Positions 39,338-51,466 of a DNA stretch of 64,000 nt are shown one piece after another. This stretch comes from Bigelowiella natans CCMP2755 (Eukaryota; Protista; Cercozoa). The position numbers and the translations under genes are program-made. The stretch is from NCBI GenBank assembly GCA_000320545.1, contig ADNK01001700.1:21683-85682 (forward strand), given 5' to 3'. The notes beneath the pieces are model-generated. The model was not told where the DNA came from. It ran no database searches and worked only from the letters and a program-made list of their open reading frames with translations. Every line of letters starts with the position of its first letter. Within the stretch, counting starts at the first letter, position 1.

Positions 39338-40800
39338 GTCCAAGCTGGCAAGACCACTCTGCTAGCTCTGGCATGCACTCGTGCCAGCGTGGCAATGCCC
39401 AGTTGCCCCACCTGGCCACACAAACTGGCAAAATGGCTGGCTGGCACACTGGGCGTGCACTTCAAAATTGTTTCCATTTCATCACAATGAACACGAAACA
39501 GCGGCACACCCAGCCTCTTCCAGTCTTCACACCTTGGTCTTGCACATCACACACCCTTGCACAGCAGCTCACTCTGTTCACTCCAGTCTGGCAGTGTGTC
39601 AGCTTCAAATTGAACTGCTTGGTTCTTCGTCAGTCACTCCAGAGTTCCAGAGTTGACAACTGCACCACATTGCCAACCAACCAGCTGGAATCCCAAGTGC
39701 GCAGCAACGCTGTGCACTTGTTTGCGCGGCATTGTTTCATCAGTTTCATGCACAGTGCACAGCCGCAAAACGACAATGATGCATGAATGAGAGTGGCTGG
39801 TGCACAACCTTGCCAGCTTGCAGCTCCAGAACTTGTGTGTGGCGATGCCACGTTTGAACGTCTAGACGTGGTCGATGATCGATGCAACAACGTGCGTGTG
39901 CGCCATGATGATGGCAACGCTCTGGCTAGCTAGACACTCATTGCACGTCACATTGCCACCTCCAGACCTGCTGGTTCCAGAGCTGGTCTGCAGTTTGGCA
40001 GCAGCTGGCTGGCTGCCAATGACACAAAAAGTGAAATTGCTTCACTTGGTGTTGCAATGAATGCACGTACGTTTTGTCCAGAATTCAGTCGTTGTCGATG
40101 CCTGCAAATGCCACGCAAAAGGCCAATCCATCGCAATGACGTAGTTTTTCTGCTGCAGTGATGATGGAGCCCGCGTGCACGGTGGGCCAGTCCAGCAGTG
40201 GGTGTCGATCCTCCTTGCCATTCACGTTGTGTTCCAAGTGTTTGGAAAAACCACCATCGTCCACACAGTCTTCAGTTCTCAACTTTTTGATCATCATGCG
40301 GAGATCAATTTTCACGAAGAGAGGATCAGGTGGAAGGTTGCCTGGAGAAGCAGAACCACAGAACCACAGAACCACGTTGTTCTTGCGTGTTGAGACGTTG
40401 GCGTCAAAAAAGACACTGCACGTTCACATGAGCTGCAACAACAAACCTTTCCTGTGCACAACCTTGCTTGCTGGTAGCTGAATGTCTCACGAGTCAATCC
40501 AAGAAGTTTGAACTCCAATCCCGGAAGTGGTCAGGGAGGTTGTTTGGGAGTGAACACTTTTCTTCACTCGCATCCTGGCAATTCGCACGTTTGCACCAAG
40601 TGGGATCATTCTGCCCTGCACGTAATCTGCAATGTCCAATTGTCCGATGAATCATGTTGTGACGTGTGTGGATGCAGGGCATGAGACCTGATCATGGCCC
40701 AACGAACGTGAGGTTGTGAGGCATTGATCAGATCCAGACAAACGTGAAGTCCACGTGCATGCTTCACAATCGGCAGGCATCTCCTTTCATGTCGCACTTC
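39338..40800. pseudogene. TpA-depleted decayed tract (right part); probable hypermutated relic of an older gene or element
   Basis: Manual count: 8 TpA in ~1460 bp, 4 in CTAG. ORF translations are almost Tyr-free and His/Cys-rich (e.g. KLRTEDCVDDGGFSKHLEHNVNGKEDRHPLLDWPTVHAG). The ancestral product was not recognised. Confidence 0.6.
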
Positions 40801-41223
40801 CTAAACACCAGATGTTCAGCAGGAAAGATAGTGCTGCGAAAAAATTCCATTTAAAACTAGTTTATGGTCTGTCGCAAGAAGGCATCGTTTTTCAAAGGAC
40901 GACAGCGGATAGTCCTCACTAATGCAAACAACCGTCCAAACTTGAAAAGCAAAATGAGTCACAAAAAGTGACATATTTTTCCTCCTTGACCCAAGAAATA
41001 TTGATGTCGTAGTAAATAAATAACCTGCATTTGGAGGTATTAACGGATAAAAGATTTAGTGAATTCCTGCCTCACAAACGCGGAGTCGTCGTTTTGTTGG
41101 TTGTGACTGTTTAGGGGGGAGCAAACCCCTCAATGTTGGATAGCTATGAAAATATGCTGAAGCAGGATTATAGCAGAAGTCACACATGATTCTGCTATTT
41201 TTGGTAGATTAAGTTAAAGTACA

Positions 41224-44200
41224 ATGGGTGGATGCGGATCGACTCTAAGAAAGCAATTTCCCGAGGTTTCTTTTGACACTAAATTGATATTCACTGTGTG
41301 TATTCATTGTATGAAACTTTTCATGTTGAGCGTTTCAGTAACTGATACTTCGGAATCAATCTAATGATACGCAATGGATACACCCCTATTTTGCATATTT
41401 CCAGGCATATGATGGCGATTATCTTCCTCAATACGAAGGAAAGAGTCCCTTCTATGTTATGACAGCTGATGCGGTAAGTCATAGAGACGCGCAAGTATAA
41501 AATTAGCTGATAATGATTTTTCCAATCGTTACAGTGCCAAAAAATTCGGTATTCAAAGAAAGGTCCTGGTTCACAGGAAGAGACGCCAGCGACAAGTACA
41601 TACCCTTTGCAGTATCCTTTATGTTCACCTAATCCGTATACACCTTAACAGCTATTCATGAGTTACTAAACAAAGCTGCGGCGGAATCTGGCGACAAAGT
41701 CGCCATGCGTGTGGAACGGATTCCAGATAAAAAGAAGGTCGGCAAGATGGTTATTAATACTACGAATATATTCTCACATATTAGGATAAATTTATGCAAA
41801 TTTAGGGGGGATGGGTAACCCCATCGAAGGACAACCTTTCACTTCCTGATGATAAATGGGTCACATGGTCAGTGAACTTTTTATTCTAGGTGTATTTTGT
41901 TGATGCTATCCAATACTTTGGTTCAGGACCTATAAGCAGTACAAGAAGGACTGTGAGCAGGCAGCACGAGCTTTAATGGCAATGGGGGTTGAGCAGTTCG
42001 GAACGGTAATAGAAAGTGATAAAGAATACTTTAAACATTCCTAACCCATTAAGGCAAAGAATTACCCTAACACCCTTACTCATAGGTTGGAGTGTATGGA
42101 TTCAACGCACCGGAGTGGTTCATGGCAGAGATTTCTACAATGCTCTGCGGGGCAAAAGTTGCAGGAGTCTATCCTTCGGATTCGTAATCGCTATTTCGAA
42201 CTATAAGCGAGTGTCTTTGAAATATTGTGTAATGGCAGTGTGGAAAATGTTGTATTCAAGATGAAGCACTCTAAGTCGACAGTGATCGTGCTTGAGGATG
42301 AAAGTAAGCAAAATGTTTATTTTAATTAGGATGCACAGTGATTTGTTGATCCTTAGGTAAGCTTAAACGCCTCCAACCAGGAAAAGATAACATGGGGGAA
42401 GCTTACAATCCTCTTGTACCACATTCTTTCTCTTAATGACTGCTGAATCAAATGTACTGATAATGATACTAAAAGCTATCACTTCACTAGGATGAGCTTC
42501 CGGATTTGAAGTACATCGTTACATGGGCCGCGGGTGATGACTGCCCGAAAACACTCCAAGGGAAGCATGGAAAGGTCTAAATATACATAAGATTCTACCT
42601 ACAGAGATCCTGAAGTATCATCGTTAATGTTTTGAAAGGTACCTGTTGTATCTTGGAATGAGTTCTTGGAAATGGGTAAAAAGGTAATGAGTAGATGCCA
42701 TTGTAAGAAAATTGAATGACTAATTTGTGTATGTGAAGACTGAGATGAAGGCTCTCGAAGAGCGACAGGCGAAGATCAAACCGGGACACTGCTGCGCGCT
42801 TATCTACACCTCAGGTGTAGAAGCTGATATACCTTACAGCAACTAGAAAATGCCCTGAATCTCGATCATTTTCATTAGTAAAGTTATGCGAGAAATTTAA
42901 GATGCTGATAAATCTGACGAATTTAGGCACAACAGGGCGACCTAAAGCTGTGATGATCAGTCATGACAACATTTACTTCTGTGTAAGTGTTTATTTAGTT
43001 ACTGCAAGTTTCAGAGTTTCTAAAGACCCCTCCTCTTTTCTTGAGTTTTCAATTCAAAACGAACCTCGTTACCCTGATTTCCCCTGGTAATCTTAGGCTG
43101 GGATTACTATGCGTGGCGTCAATGGTTCGGGAATAGGTGCAGGGGGGCAAGAGCGTCTCATTTCGGTAACTCAATATAAATGACCGATTGTAGTTAAGTA
43201 GATATGATTATCGTTTATTATCTCACTTACCCTTTTAGTACCTCCCGTTAAGCCATGTTGCCGGTATGATGGTGGACATCATTGCACCAATATTTATAAC
43301 TGGTCCGTATCTCTAAATTTCACTAAACAATTTATGCTAATGAGTTAATTTGAAATAAAACATTGTACACACGGTTAATGCGCTTTTTATTGGTCGGCCG
43401 GGGTTTGGATCGATTACTTTTTATCTGCAATTTTGATGCATAGCGAATACAAACGGATGGACTACAGTCTCATTCGCCCGTCCCTACGACCTTAAGGTAG
43501 CAAAAAGGTTGATATGTGTCACATTTTGTATTTAGACTTCATTTACATCTAGGCTGGAACTATGGGGCATCGCCTTCGGGCTGTGAAGCCAACCCTTTTC
43601 CTTGGGGTAAAATGTCAATAATGCTACATTTCATTCCACTCAATCTGCTTTAATTGTTTAGGTACCTCGTGTGTGGGAGAAAGTTGCTGACAAAGTCAAA
43701 GCAGCTGGAAAGGCCAATACGGGTAGATTTACAGTACCGAACCAATTTTCTATAAAACCAATTTCTGAGAATTAATGTAGTTGCTTCCCTAATTAGGATT
43801 CAAAAAGTGGGCTGGGGAGTATATGAAGCCCAGACTTCTCGCACACTCTAAGGGAAAGAGCCTTTACAGCGAGCCGAACAATCCGTCAGGTCTCTCCATT
43901 GCAAAGTATTTCGCGAAGAAGGTACAGACGCAGCTTGGCCTTTCAGAGCTCAAGTATGCCGCTACTGCGGCTGCACCTATTCAAACTGAAACGTTGGAAT
44001 ATTACGGGTCTTTGGGTATCCTTGTGAAGGAGGTGTATGGCATGTCCGAGTGTGCGGGTGCAACTACAATCTCACGCGATGATGCTCACGTCTGGGGTTC
44101 TGTTGGGTTTCCCACTCCCGGTATTGAGTTCAAGGTGCTAAAAGAGGGAAAAGACGGAAAGTTTGAGGAAGTTCCACGCGCGAAAAATATTTTCGAAGCC

Positions 44201-45067
44201 AGCGAGGAAGAACAGGGTGAATTATGCTATCGCGGCCGCCACATCATGATGGGATATCTAGCTAATCCCGATTTCAAGGAAGATGGAGGCTCGGAGTGGG
44301 CTAAAAAAAAGAATGAGAGCGCGATCGACGAAAATGGTTGGCTTCATTCTGGCGACAAAGGCTGTATGGACAAGCACGGAATGATCAAAATCACGGGCCG
44401 CTACAAGGAGCTCATCATCGGTGCTGGTGGAGAGAACGTTGCTCCTGTTCCTATTGAGGATCATGTTAAGAAACTAGCTCCTGCCATCTCGAACTGTATG
44501 ATGGTCGGAGATAAGAGGAAGTACAACATTGCCCTAGTCACACTCAAGGTGGAGGGCGCAACAGGGGAAGAGGCTGGGGGTAACGAGTTGACAGCACTGT
44601 CGAAACTTGTCAAAGGCGTCGAAACAGTCCAGGATGCAATGAATAACAAGGAATATATCAACAAGATCATGGCGGCATTCGTTGCGACGAACAAGAACCC
44701 TAAAGTATGCCCGAAGTCAGCCTCTAAAATCGGAAGATTCACCATCCTTCCTGTGGACTTTTCCACGAACGGAGGAGAGCTCACTGCAACATTGAAGCTT
44801 AAGCGTTCTGTCGTCGCAAAGATGTACGAAGAAGTTATTGAAAAGGTGTACGCAGCAAAATTGGAAAAGGGTGAGGCTTATGTTAACATTTTTGGGGGTT
44901 CCGAGATGAAAATGGGAGAAAAGACCGGAGGGGAAGAGGGGAAGAAGATGGAAGAGGAAAAGGGCAAGGCAATTGATAAGCAAGAAGCGGAAGATCCTAA
45001 AGCAGAAGAAGCACCCAAACCAGCTGTAAAACCGGAGGGAGTAAAGCCCATGCTGGCGGCAAAATAA
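41224..45067 (+). CDS. ACSBG: Long-chain fatty acyl-CoA synthetase, bubblegum (ACSBG) type; many short introns
   Basis: AMP-binding motif LIYTSG|TTGRPKAVMISHDN; YLPLSHVAG; FLGVPRVWEK; EVYGMSE; GELCYRGRHIMMGY; GWLHSGD; ITGRYKELIIGAGGENVAPVPIE; GELTATLKLKR. N-terminus MGGCGS. Confidence 0.92.
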
Positions 45068-46010
45068 CTAGAATAATAAATCCTGATAATGTAGCCTCAA
45101 GTGAGCTAGTAATATGCCGATACTACATCTAAATGCACTATCGCATCTGGTGAGCTACAGAGGTGTACGGCACGATAATGCCTCGTGAGTACTAGAGCAT
45201 CTAGCTGCTGCGCTCATTTTCTTTTCAGTGTGCATGTAATTGCGGCTGCGACTGACTAGCTCTAGACTAGTAGAGCTAGCTAGCTGAGCCAACGTAACCG
45301 TACCATCATTATGATCTCTAGACCTAGTGGCAATGATGTGAATTGAACAACGTGCATCGCAATTCTATCTAGCAGCATACATGAAACTTCACTTGCCTAG
45401 CCGCACCGACTCGCCCCCCTGCTAGCCTGCCTGCTGCCTAGCTAGCTAGAGCTAGCTCCGCTAGTCTAGTAGTCCATCTGACTCTTCTAGTTTAGTAGTG
45501 TTCTAGTGTTGGTCGCTTGCTAGCTTACGCACGGCTAGACGGCGTTACACACTTTCATTTGTCTGCTCTGGTGCTCACATTGAGACACTGCAGACTTGAT
45601 GCACGTTCTAGACGTTGCTAGCTCTAGCTCAGACCAGCTAGCCAGCTAGCCAGGCGGCTAGCAGGCATCATTCTAGCATTGTGTTAGCTGTGCACATCAA
45701 GACAATCTAGCAATGCTAGAATGTGCGATCGTGGCTAGATGACTAGCTAGTGTGCTGCAACCTAGCAACCAAGCTAGACAGCCTGTGGCAACACCTAGAC
45801 ATCTACAGTCGCTAGGTCACTTCGGTCATAGCAGTTGCCAGTCACGAGCAATGCACATGCTAGCATGATCTAGGTGATTTGCACTAGCCTAACAGTGCAC
45901 AGCATGTGTGCAATGCACGTGCACTGCTAGACTGTTAGACTGATGGCTATCAGTCTAGAAGCATGCATTCTTGCTGTGTGATTGCACCTGTGTACGCGTC
46001 AAGGTCTAGA
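45066..46010. other. CTAG-saturated intergenic tract between convergent genes
   Basis: Manual count: ~46 CTAG in ~950 bp (about 4 expected at uniform composition). Not a periodic tandem repeat. Confidence 0.85.
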
Positions 46011-46316
46011 GATTTTCCATGATGTTGCTTGTGATTTAGTCACCTAACTTTAACATGCTTATGTTTCAGCGGATGGTCCGCATTTCACAATTCCTTGTCA
46101 CGAAAATTAGCCTCCTGGTACACTGAACATGCTACACTTTCTCGCTCAAAATTAAATGAAACGAGCGTGGACTATTTTACATACATACAAGATCTATTGT
46201 ATACTCCAGGAAATCAAGCTATCCCTAATGCCAGGTGAGACACATATTGGCCATAATCACAAGCCCAGCTCATACACATCCTTGCCATTTGTGTCACATT
46301 CCAGTTGGTACCCCAC

Positions 46317-49124
46317 TTACTCATCATCAAGCTCATCGCACAAAAGCTCCTCCGAAGCTGCGACATACTTCTGAGCCACGAGGCACTCCGCTACCCACAT
46401 GAAGCTGATGACTAGTCCGCTGAAACCGTTGTAGTACACCTCTCTCTGCCCAGATATGACGGCCTCCACCCTTCTCGGCACTTTCTTTTTGCTTATGCGA
46501 TCGATGATCACAAGCTCCGCCCCCGCAGCGCGCAAGACGGCCTGTTGATCTTGTTTCAAGTTGAAGGACGCGAAAGTATAGCCGTAGAACAGCCGTGATT
46601 CCTTGCCCAATGGTTGCAAGCCCTTCCGCTTGATGAGATCAGGATCTCTTTTGGGCCGTCGGGGCATGGCCTCGCTCATCTTTGTGCGTGGGAAGTTGCA
46701 CGCATACTTAAGCGGATCAGCCAGTCCGCGTGTGCGCTTGCATTCATTGAGGAAATCCGGATGGAAGGGGAGTAGACCCCTTGCCAAAGCATACAAGAAC
46801 TTTCTTGTCATCAGAGGTCTTGGTGCAACCACCATAGCCACAGAACCCCCCTCCTCCTCCTCCCCCTCAAACAGCAAGTCTTCCTCGGATATCGCTTCGG
46901 ATACTGTCCCAACAACCTTCCCCCCCATCTTCTTTATCAGCTTACTCAATCGTGCAGTTGTGGCCTCATTGAGGCGGGTAAAGAGGAAAGAAAATCCCTT
47001 CAACACCTTGTTAAGTGCAACCCGGTGATGTGTTTCCTCCTCGCTCATGACGTCTTTGTCTTTCTCTTGATCATCAGGGATTGGAATGCCTCTCTTCGTT
47101 CTGCGACTGCCCGCTGTTCTACCCTTCCTTGTTGATTTTTTTGCCTTCCTCGTCCGTCCCTTCCTCCGCTTTTTTTCCTCCCCCTCCTCCTCCTCTTCGA
47201 GTTGGTGTGGCCGTCCCCCTCGGTTAGCTCTGCCTATATCATTTGGGAGAACAGGCATAGTCGTATCGCCTTCCTTGAGGTAAATCCCAAGAGGCCTTAC
47301 CCCAATCTTCTGTACGTGGGGAACCCAGTAGTAGTTCTGCTTACCAAACTTTTCCTCGGCAAAGCTTTGGTCTGCAATGTCTCGCACCTCCTTCCTGACT
47401 CGACGTCCCGTATAAAGATGAACCATCTTCTGCTCGCTGGAGAGGTCTAGCAGCGCAATGCGTGGCCAGCCCCTTGTCGCTGCTTTCAGCGCCGCATCTC
47501 TCGGATAGCGGTTACGGAAAATTACACCGTCAGAGTGGAGGAGGCGATAGATGCGCTTCTTCTTCGCTGTCTTTTTCGGCTGCTGGGCTTGTTGAATAGA
47601 GCGCCACTTGTCTTTGAGATTCGTCGGTGTTCTTGACTCGTGGAACTCTCCCCCCCCGGCCTCCAGTATCTGTTTCCATCGCCCCGGCTCAAACTCATGC
47701 ACGAGGTCCAGCAACAGTTCTGTCTCCTCCACGCCCCACCTCACGGGCTTTTTCCTTCCGGCTGGACGATGCTTAGCGATACGCTGTGCCCTCTCATGCT
47801 CTCGCTGCTGCTTGATGAGAAGATTTCGATATTTCATCCTGAGATCTGAGGGTGTACGGTTGATGAGTATGTCCTGGTAAGCCCCGAGAATCTCTGCCCA
47901 TTGCCCTTCGCCAAGCTCTTCAACGCCCTCTAGAAGCGCTCTGACCTCCACCTGAGTCCATCGTCGATCATATTCTTCTTCCCGAGGCACGGGAATCCGT
48001 TTGGATCGCTTTTGCGGTGGTGAAGATACCTCGCTGCTACTGCTCTTATCGCCTTTTTCTTCCTCCTCTCTTTTTGCGTCCTCTTTACTGTCCGCAGCGA
48101 TCCTTCGACTTCTTCTTTTTCTCCCAGCTGCACCCGTTGCATTTCTCCGACCCTTTTTCTTACCGTTGTTGTCGGCAGCAGCGGCCTTAACGCCCTTGCT
48201 CTTCCGTTTTTTCCCCGGTGTCTTCAGGTTGAAAAGATCGATATTGAGTGGTTTGCTCCGAGAATTTCGAGTGCTCCTTGTCCTCAGAGATGATGAATTA
48301 GCGGATGATGCTTTCTTTTTCTGCTGTTTTGTCTTCTTTTGTGCGGCACCACTCACTTGCTTCCTTGCCGCTGCTTTTCGGCTTGCCTGTCGAGCTGCTG
48401 TCCTATTTCTACGAGAACCTGTTGTCGTCGTCGTTGCCGAAGCAGAGCGTGTTTGCGGTCGGCGGTCAGCCACCAATACCCGAGTAGTCTGTTTTCGAGG
48501 GGCAGCTGAACTAGGACGTGTTCTTCGGCTTCTTCTCGTGGTCACAGCATTGATCTATTTTAAGGTTGAGAGCAGAGTAAATTAATCAATAATTAAGCTA
48601 AGCTATACTCCTTTCTTACGTTCTATTTAGTAAGATGATGGATCCACCTTTTTTCTGGGGGCTGCAGATGTCGTCGATCTGGACCGAGTCCCTCTTCTGC
48701 TCCCCGCCCGAGTCGCCATCCTTCGTGTAGAGGAGGGCCCATCAGATTTCGGTGGTTGGGTGCTTGCTGTCTTCCTTGTCCTCCTGCGCACAACCTTCTT
48801 CCTCGGAGCGCTGCTGGCTGTCCGTCTACTGGAGGCTTTCTTTCTAGGAGCTGCAACGCTCCTTGATCGGGCCCCTGTTTCTTTTGCTGGGCGGGAAGGC
48901 TCACCCCTCGCTGAGCGGGATCTTGTCTGTGAAACTTTCTTCCGAGCGCGTACTTGCCGCTGCTGCTCACTTTTTCTCTCGGTGGAGGAACGGGGTCGGG
49001 AACGTTTGGCTCTTTGTGAAGATTGTCTGGCAGTGATCGAAGCATTGCCCCCACTATTTCGATTGCGAACTGATTTGCGTGCCGTGATTCTTGAAGACCG
49101 GCGAGGTTGAGATGATCCTTCCAT
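46317..49124 (-). CDS. Basic N-terminus + two telobox-type Myb domains + MC1-like chromatin domain + tandem BRCT protein (2 exons, ~904 aa)
   Basis: Exon 1 49124-48648 (donor AAG|GTGGAT) and exon 2 48554-46317 (acceptor AATAG|ATC) join in phase 0. Myb1 RRWTQVEVRALLEGVEELGEGQWAEIL...RTPSDLRMKYRNL; Myb2 VRWGVEETELL...GRWKQIL...RTPTNLKDKWRSI; MC1-like YPRDAALKAATRG; BRCTs LKGFSFLFT...IKKMGGKV...TRKFLYALARG and LFYGYTF...LRAAGA...WVAECL. Confidence 0.88.
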
Positions 49125-49781
49125 CGTCAACGGCAAAGCTAGCCAATTGGCACTGCAAGTACAAAATCAAAATGTTAAAAGGCATAGTATATTGATCTTT
49201 CCGTGGTAATTTATTTCATCGTCATGGAATATGCATAATAGAGTATTCCCATAGGAATAAACACTATCAGAAGCTCGATTTTTCTAAGGGGCAAAGATAA
49301 AATATGACATTCCAAAACGAAGTAAAACTAATCTAACAAATCACATAACATATATAATTATATTTCCGGCCCATTTTGTTCCCTTCGCCAGTGCCCCTCC
49401 CCCAGCGTCCTTATTCCATCACATCACATGTTGTGTTCCACCTCAACGGTTGCTTTGTAAACTCTATTCAGACTCAAGTATATATTCTGTCATCCATATA
49501 TTTAACGTTTTGTAATACGTTGTCATGGGACGACTTGCATAATGATCTGAAAATACTAGAATATACATAAGAAAATGATATTTTCTGTCACGAGAGTCAA
49601 TAAAAATACGAATAAACATTTACTCAAAAACCAAATTCATCCCAAAATCCAACGGACATACTTGCATCGGGAAGAAATGGATGTCAATTAATTTGAACGT
49701 CAAAGAAATAACTGGATTAATTTCAATAATTGGGTGCAATTGCCCTAGGAAAAAAATAACATCATAATTCTGAAATGGACG

Positions 49782-51466
49782 TAGATCTAGGTCTAGCAGT
49801 CCTGTTCGCACCGCGCATCTGTTGGCAAGGAAGAAATGATATGGAAATTTTTCTTCCTAGAAATATCTATACATAATGTATAAAAATTTGAAGATTTTGA
49901 GGACGTTCCAGATAATTTTTCATACCAATAATTACCAACGCCATTTCACTTTCCAAAAGGGGGGAGGCGGGAATCCGCCGAATGGAGTTTGCCGGGCTTC
50001 TGCCCCGGGTTTGGGTCACAGCGGTAGCTGTTCTGATGGTGATCCCCACAGGGGGGCAGGCTGAGGAAGGAAATGACAATCCACGGAGGACGGAAGATTG
50101 GGGTTAGCTCCATACTTAAACGCGCTCTTAGTTATGCGTCTGATGGTCGTGGATTTGATACGATATTAGTTATCTGGCACTACCAAAATCACAAAGGCCA
50201 GCACCTTTCGCAGAACCTAACCACAAACATGTTTAGGTGATAAATTGTTTTGTTCAGCTCTTTCCTGTATAATTTACCTCTTCATATGGGTGTTTTGTGA
50301 CATGGGGGAGGAAGAGGAGGCGGGGGTTTGCATAGTATTATTGTAGGGTTTATCAATCTTCGCACTTCCTTGCGTACAAATCTTTATGTATACTCTAGGA
50401 GCAAGGAGCTTTATCTTGCTAACCTCCCGATGGACATAAAGGTATTTTTTAAACTGATGTGTAATCGGGTGAATCGCTTATTTTCGTTCCTTCCCCCCTC
50501 TATCCTGCCATGTTGCAACCTCAAATCCGCCAGCACCATGAGCTTGAAGATCGCTTCTCTAAGCATGGCAAAGTGGCCGATATTCGGATTGCAAGAGTAC
50601 AGCACGAATACTTGAAAATATTAATTCAAAAGATTTCACCTATTCGTGATACGTACCCTGTACGGTATCATTTCAATGAGTCCTCAAACTATAGTTCGTT
50701 TGGTGGAAAATATTGGCTTTACATCATATGCTAATATCTAGTTATAATGGTACGTGATTTCGTAACCCATATCCGCTGAATTAAGACAAGATTCGACATG
50801 TGGGAAACGCCTCTATCCCTTTTTAATGTAGGACTTAAAATCTGGGAGGCCGCTTGGATTTGGCTTCGTTACATTTGCTACACCTCACGACGCCATGGGG
50901 GCATACGTTGCACTCAAGGTGCAGCAACAAAATCCGTGAATTATCTTCAACGTTGTTTATTATCATTCCGTTCAATCATAGTCGAAGTGGATTTGCGGGC
51001 GTGCTCTGACGATACAAATAGCGAAAAGCAGGCAGGATTTAGCTCTCAAATTTACATCTATGCCATGATAGAGTCAATCAACAACGAGATATCAGAAAAC
51101 AACAACACTTATTTTACGGCATTTCATGAGCTAGACTGCCGAGGCGCGACAAGCACTAAACAATATCCTTACTCGTACACGCTATTAAGAACCATACGTG
51201 AATGAGGTTTGGGATTTGAAATGAAGATGACTTTGCCCCACCCCTGCTTTCTCCCCCTTAGGAGCAATCGCTTGAATACAGGTCGACAGCAACGGCACAT
51301 CAGAGGCAGACATGATATGGGTGATCGGCGATCGATAGGCTGGAGAAGGAGGCCTGACATTGGTCACAATATGAGGAGATTTGCAATGGACTCAAACTCA
51401 CTGCCCCCCCAACAGCAGGCATCAGCCTCGCCAATGACACGACATTCATCTCTTCCATACGGTTAG
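49782..51466 (+). CDS. RRM-domain RNA-binding protein (SR-like); start uncertain
   Basis: Spliced RRM ~50398-51027: SKELYLANLPMDIK|HHELEDRFSKHGKVADIRIAR|DLKSGRPLGFGFVTFATPHDAMGAYVALK|SKWICGRALTIQIAK (RNP2 LYLANL, RNP1 LGFGFVTF). An RRSRSSSP segment lies near 49790. Confidence 0.75.

Noticed and set aside
39231-40800. Dense overlapping 60-140 aa ORFs on both strands
   Set aside because: Explained by loss of TAA/TAG stops from TpA depletion; no recognisable protein family.
42357-42490. Possible non-canonical GA-AG intron in the ACSBG gene
   Set aside because: Re-reading gives a canonical phase-0 GT donor after ...GEAYNPL (CTT|GTACC) joining to DELPDL.
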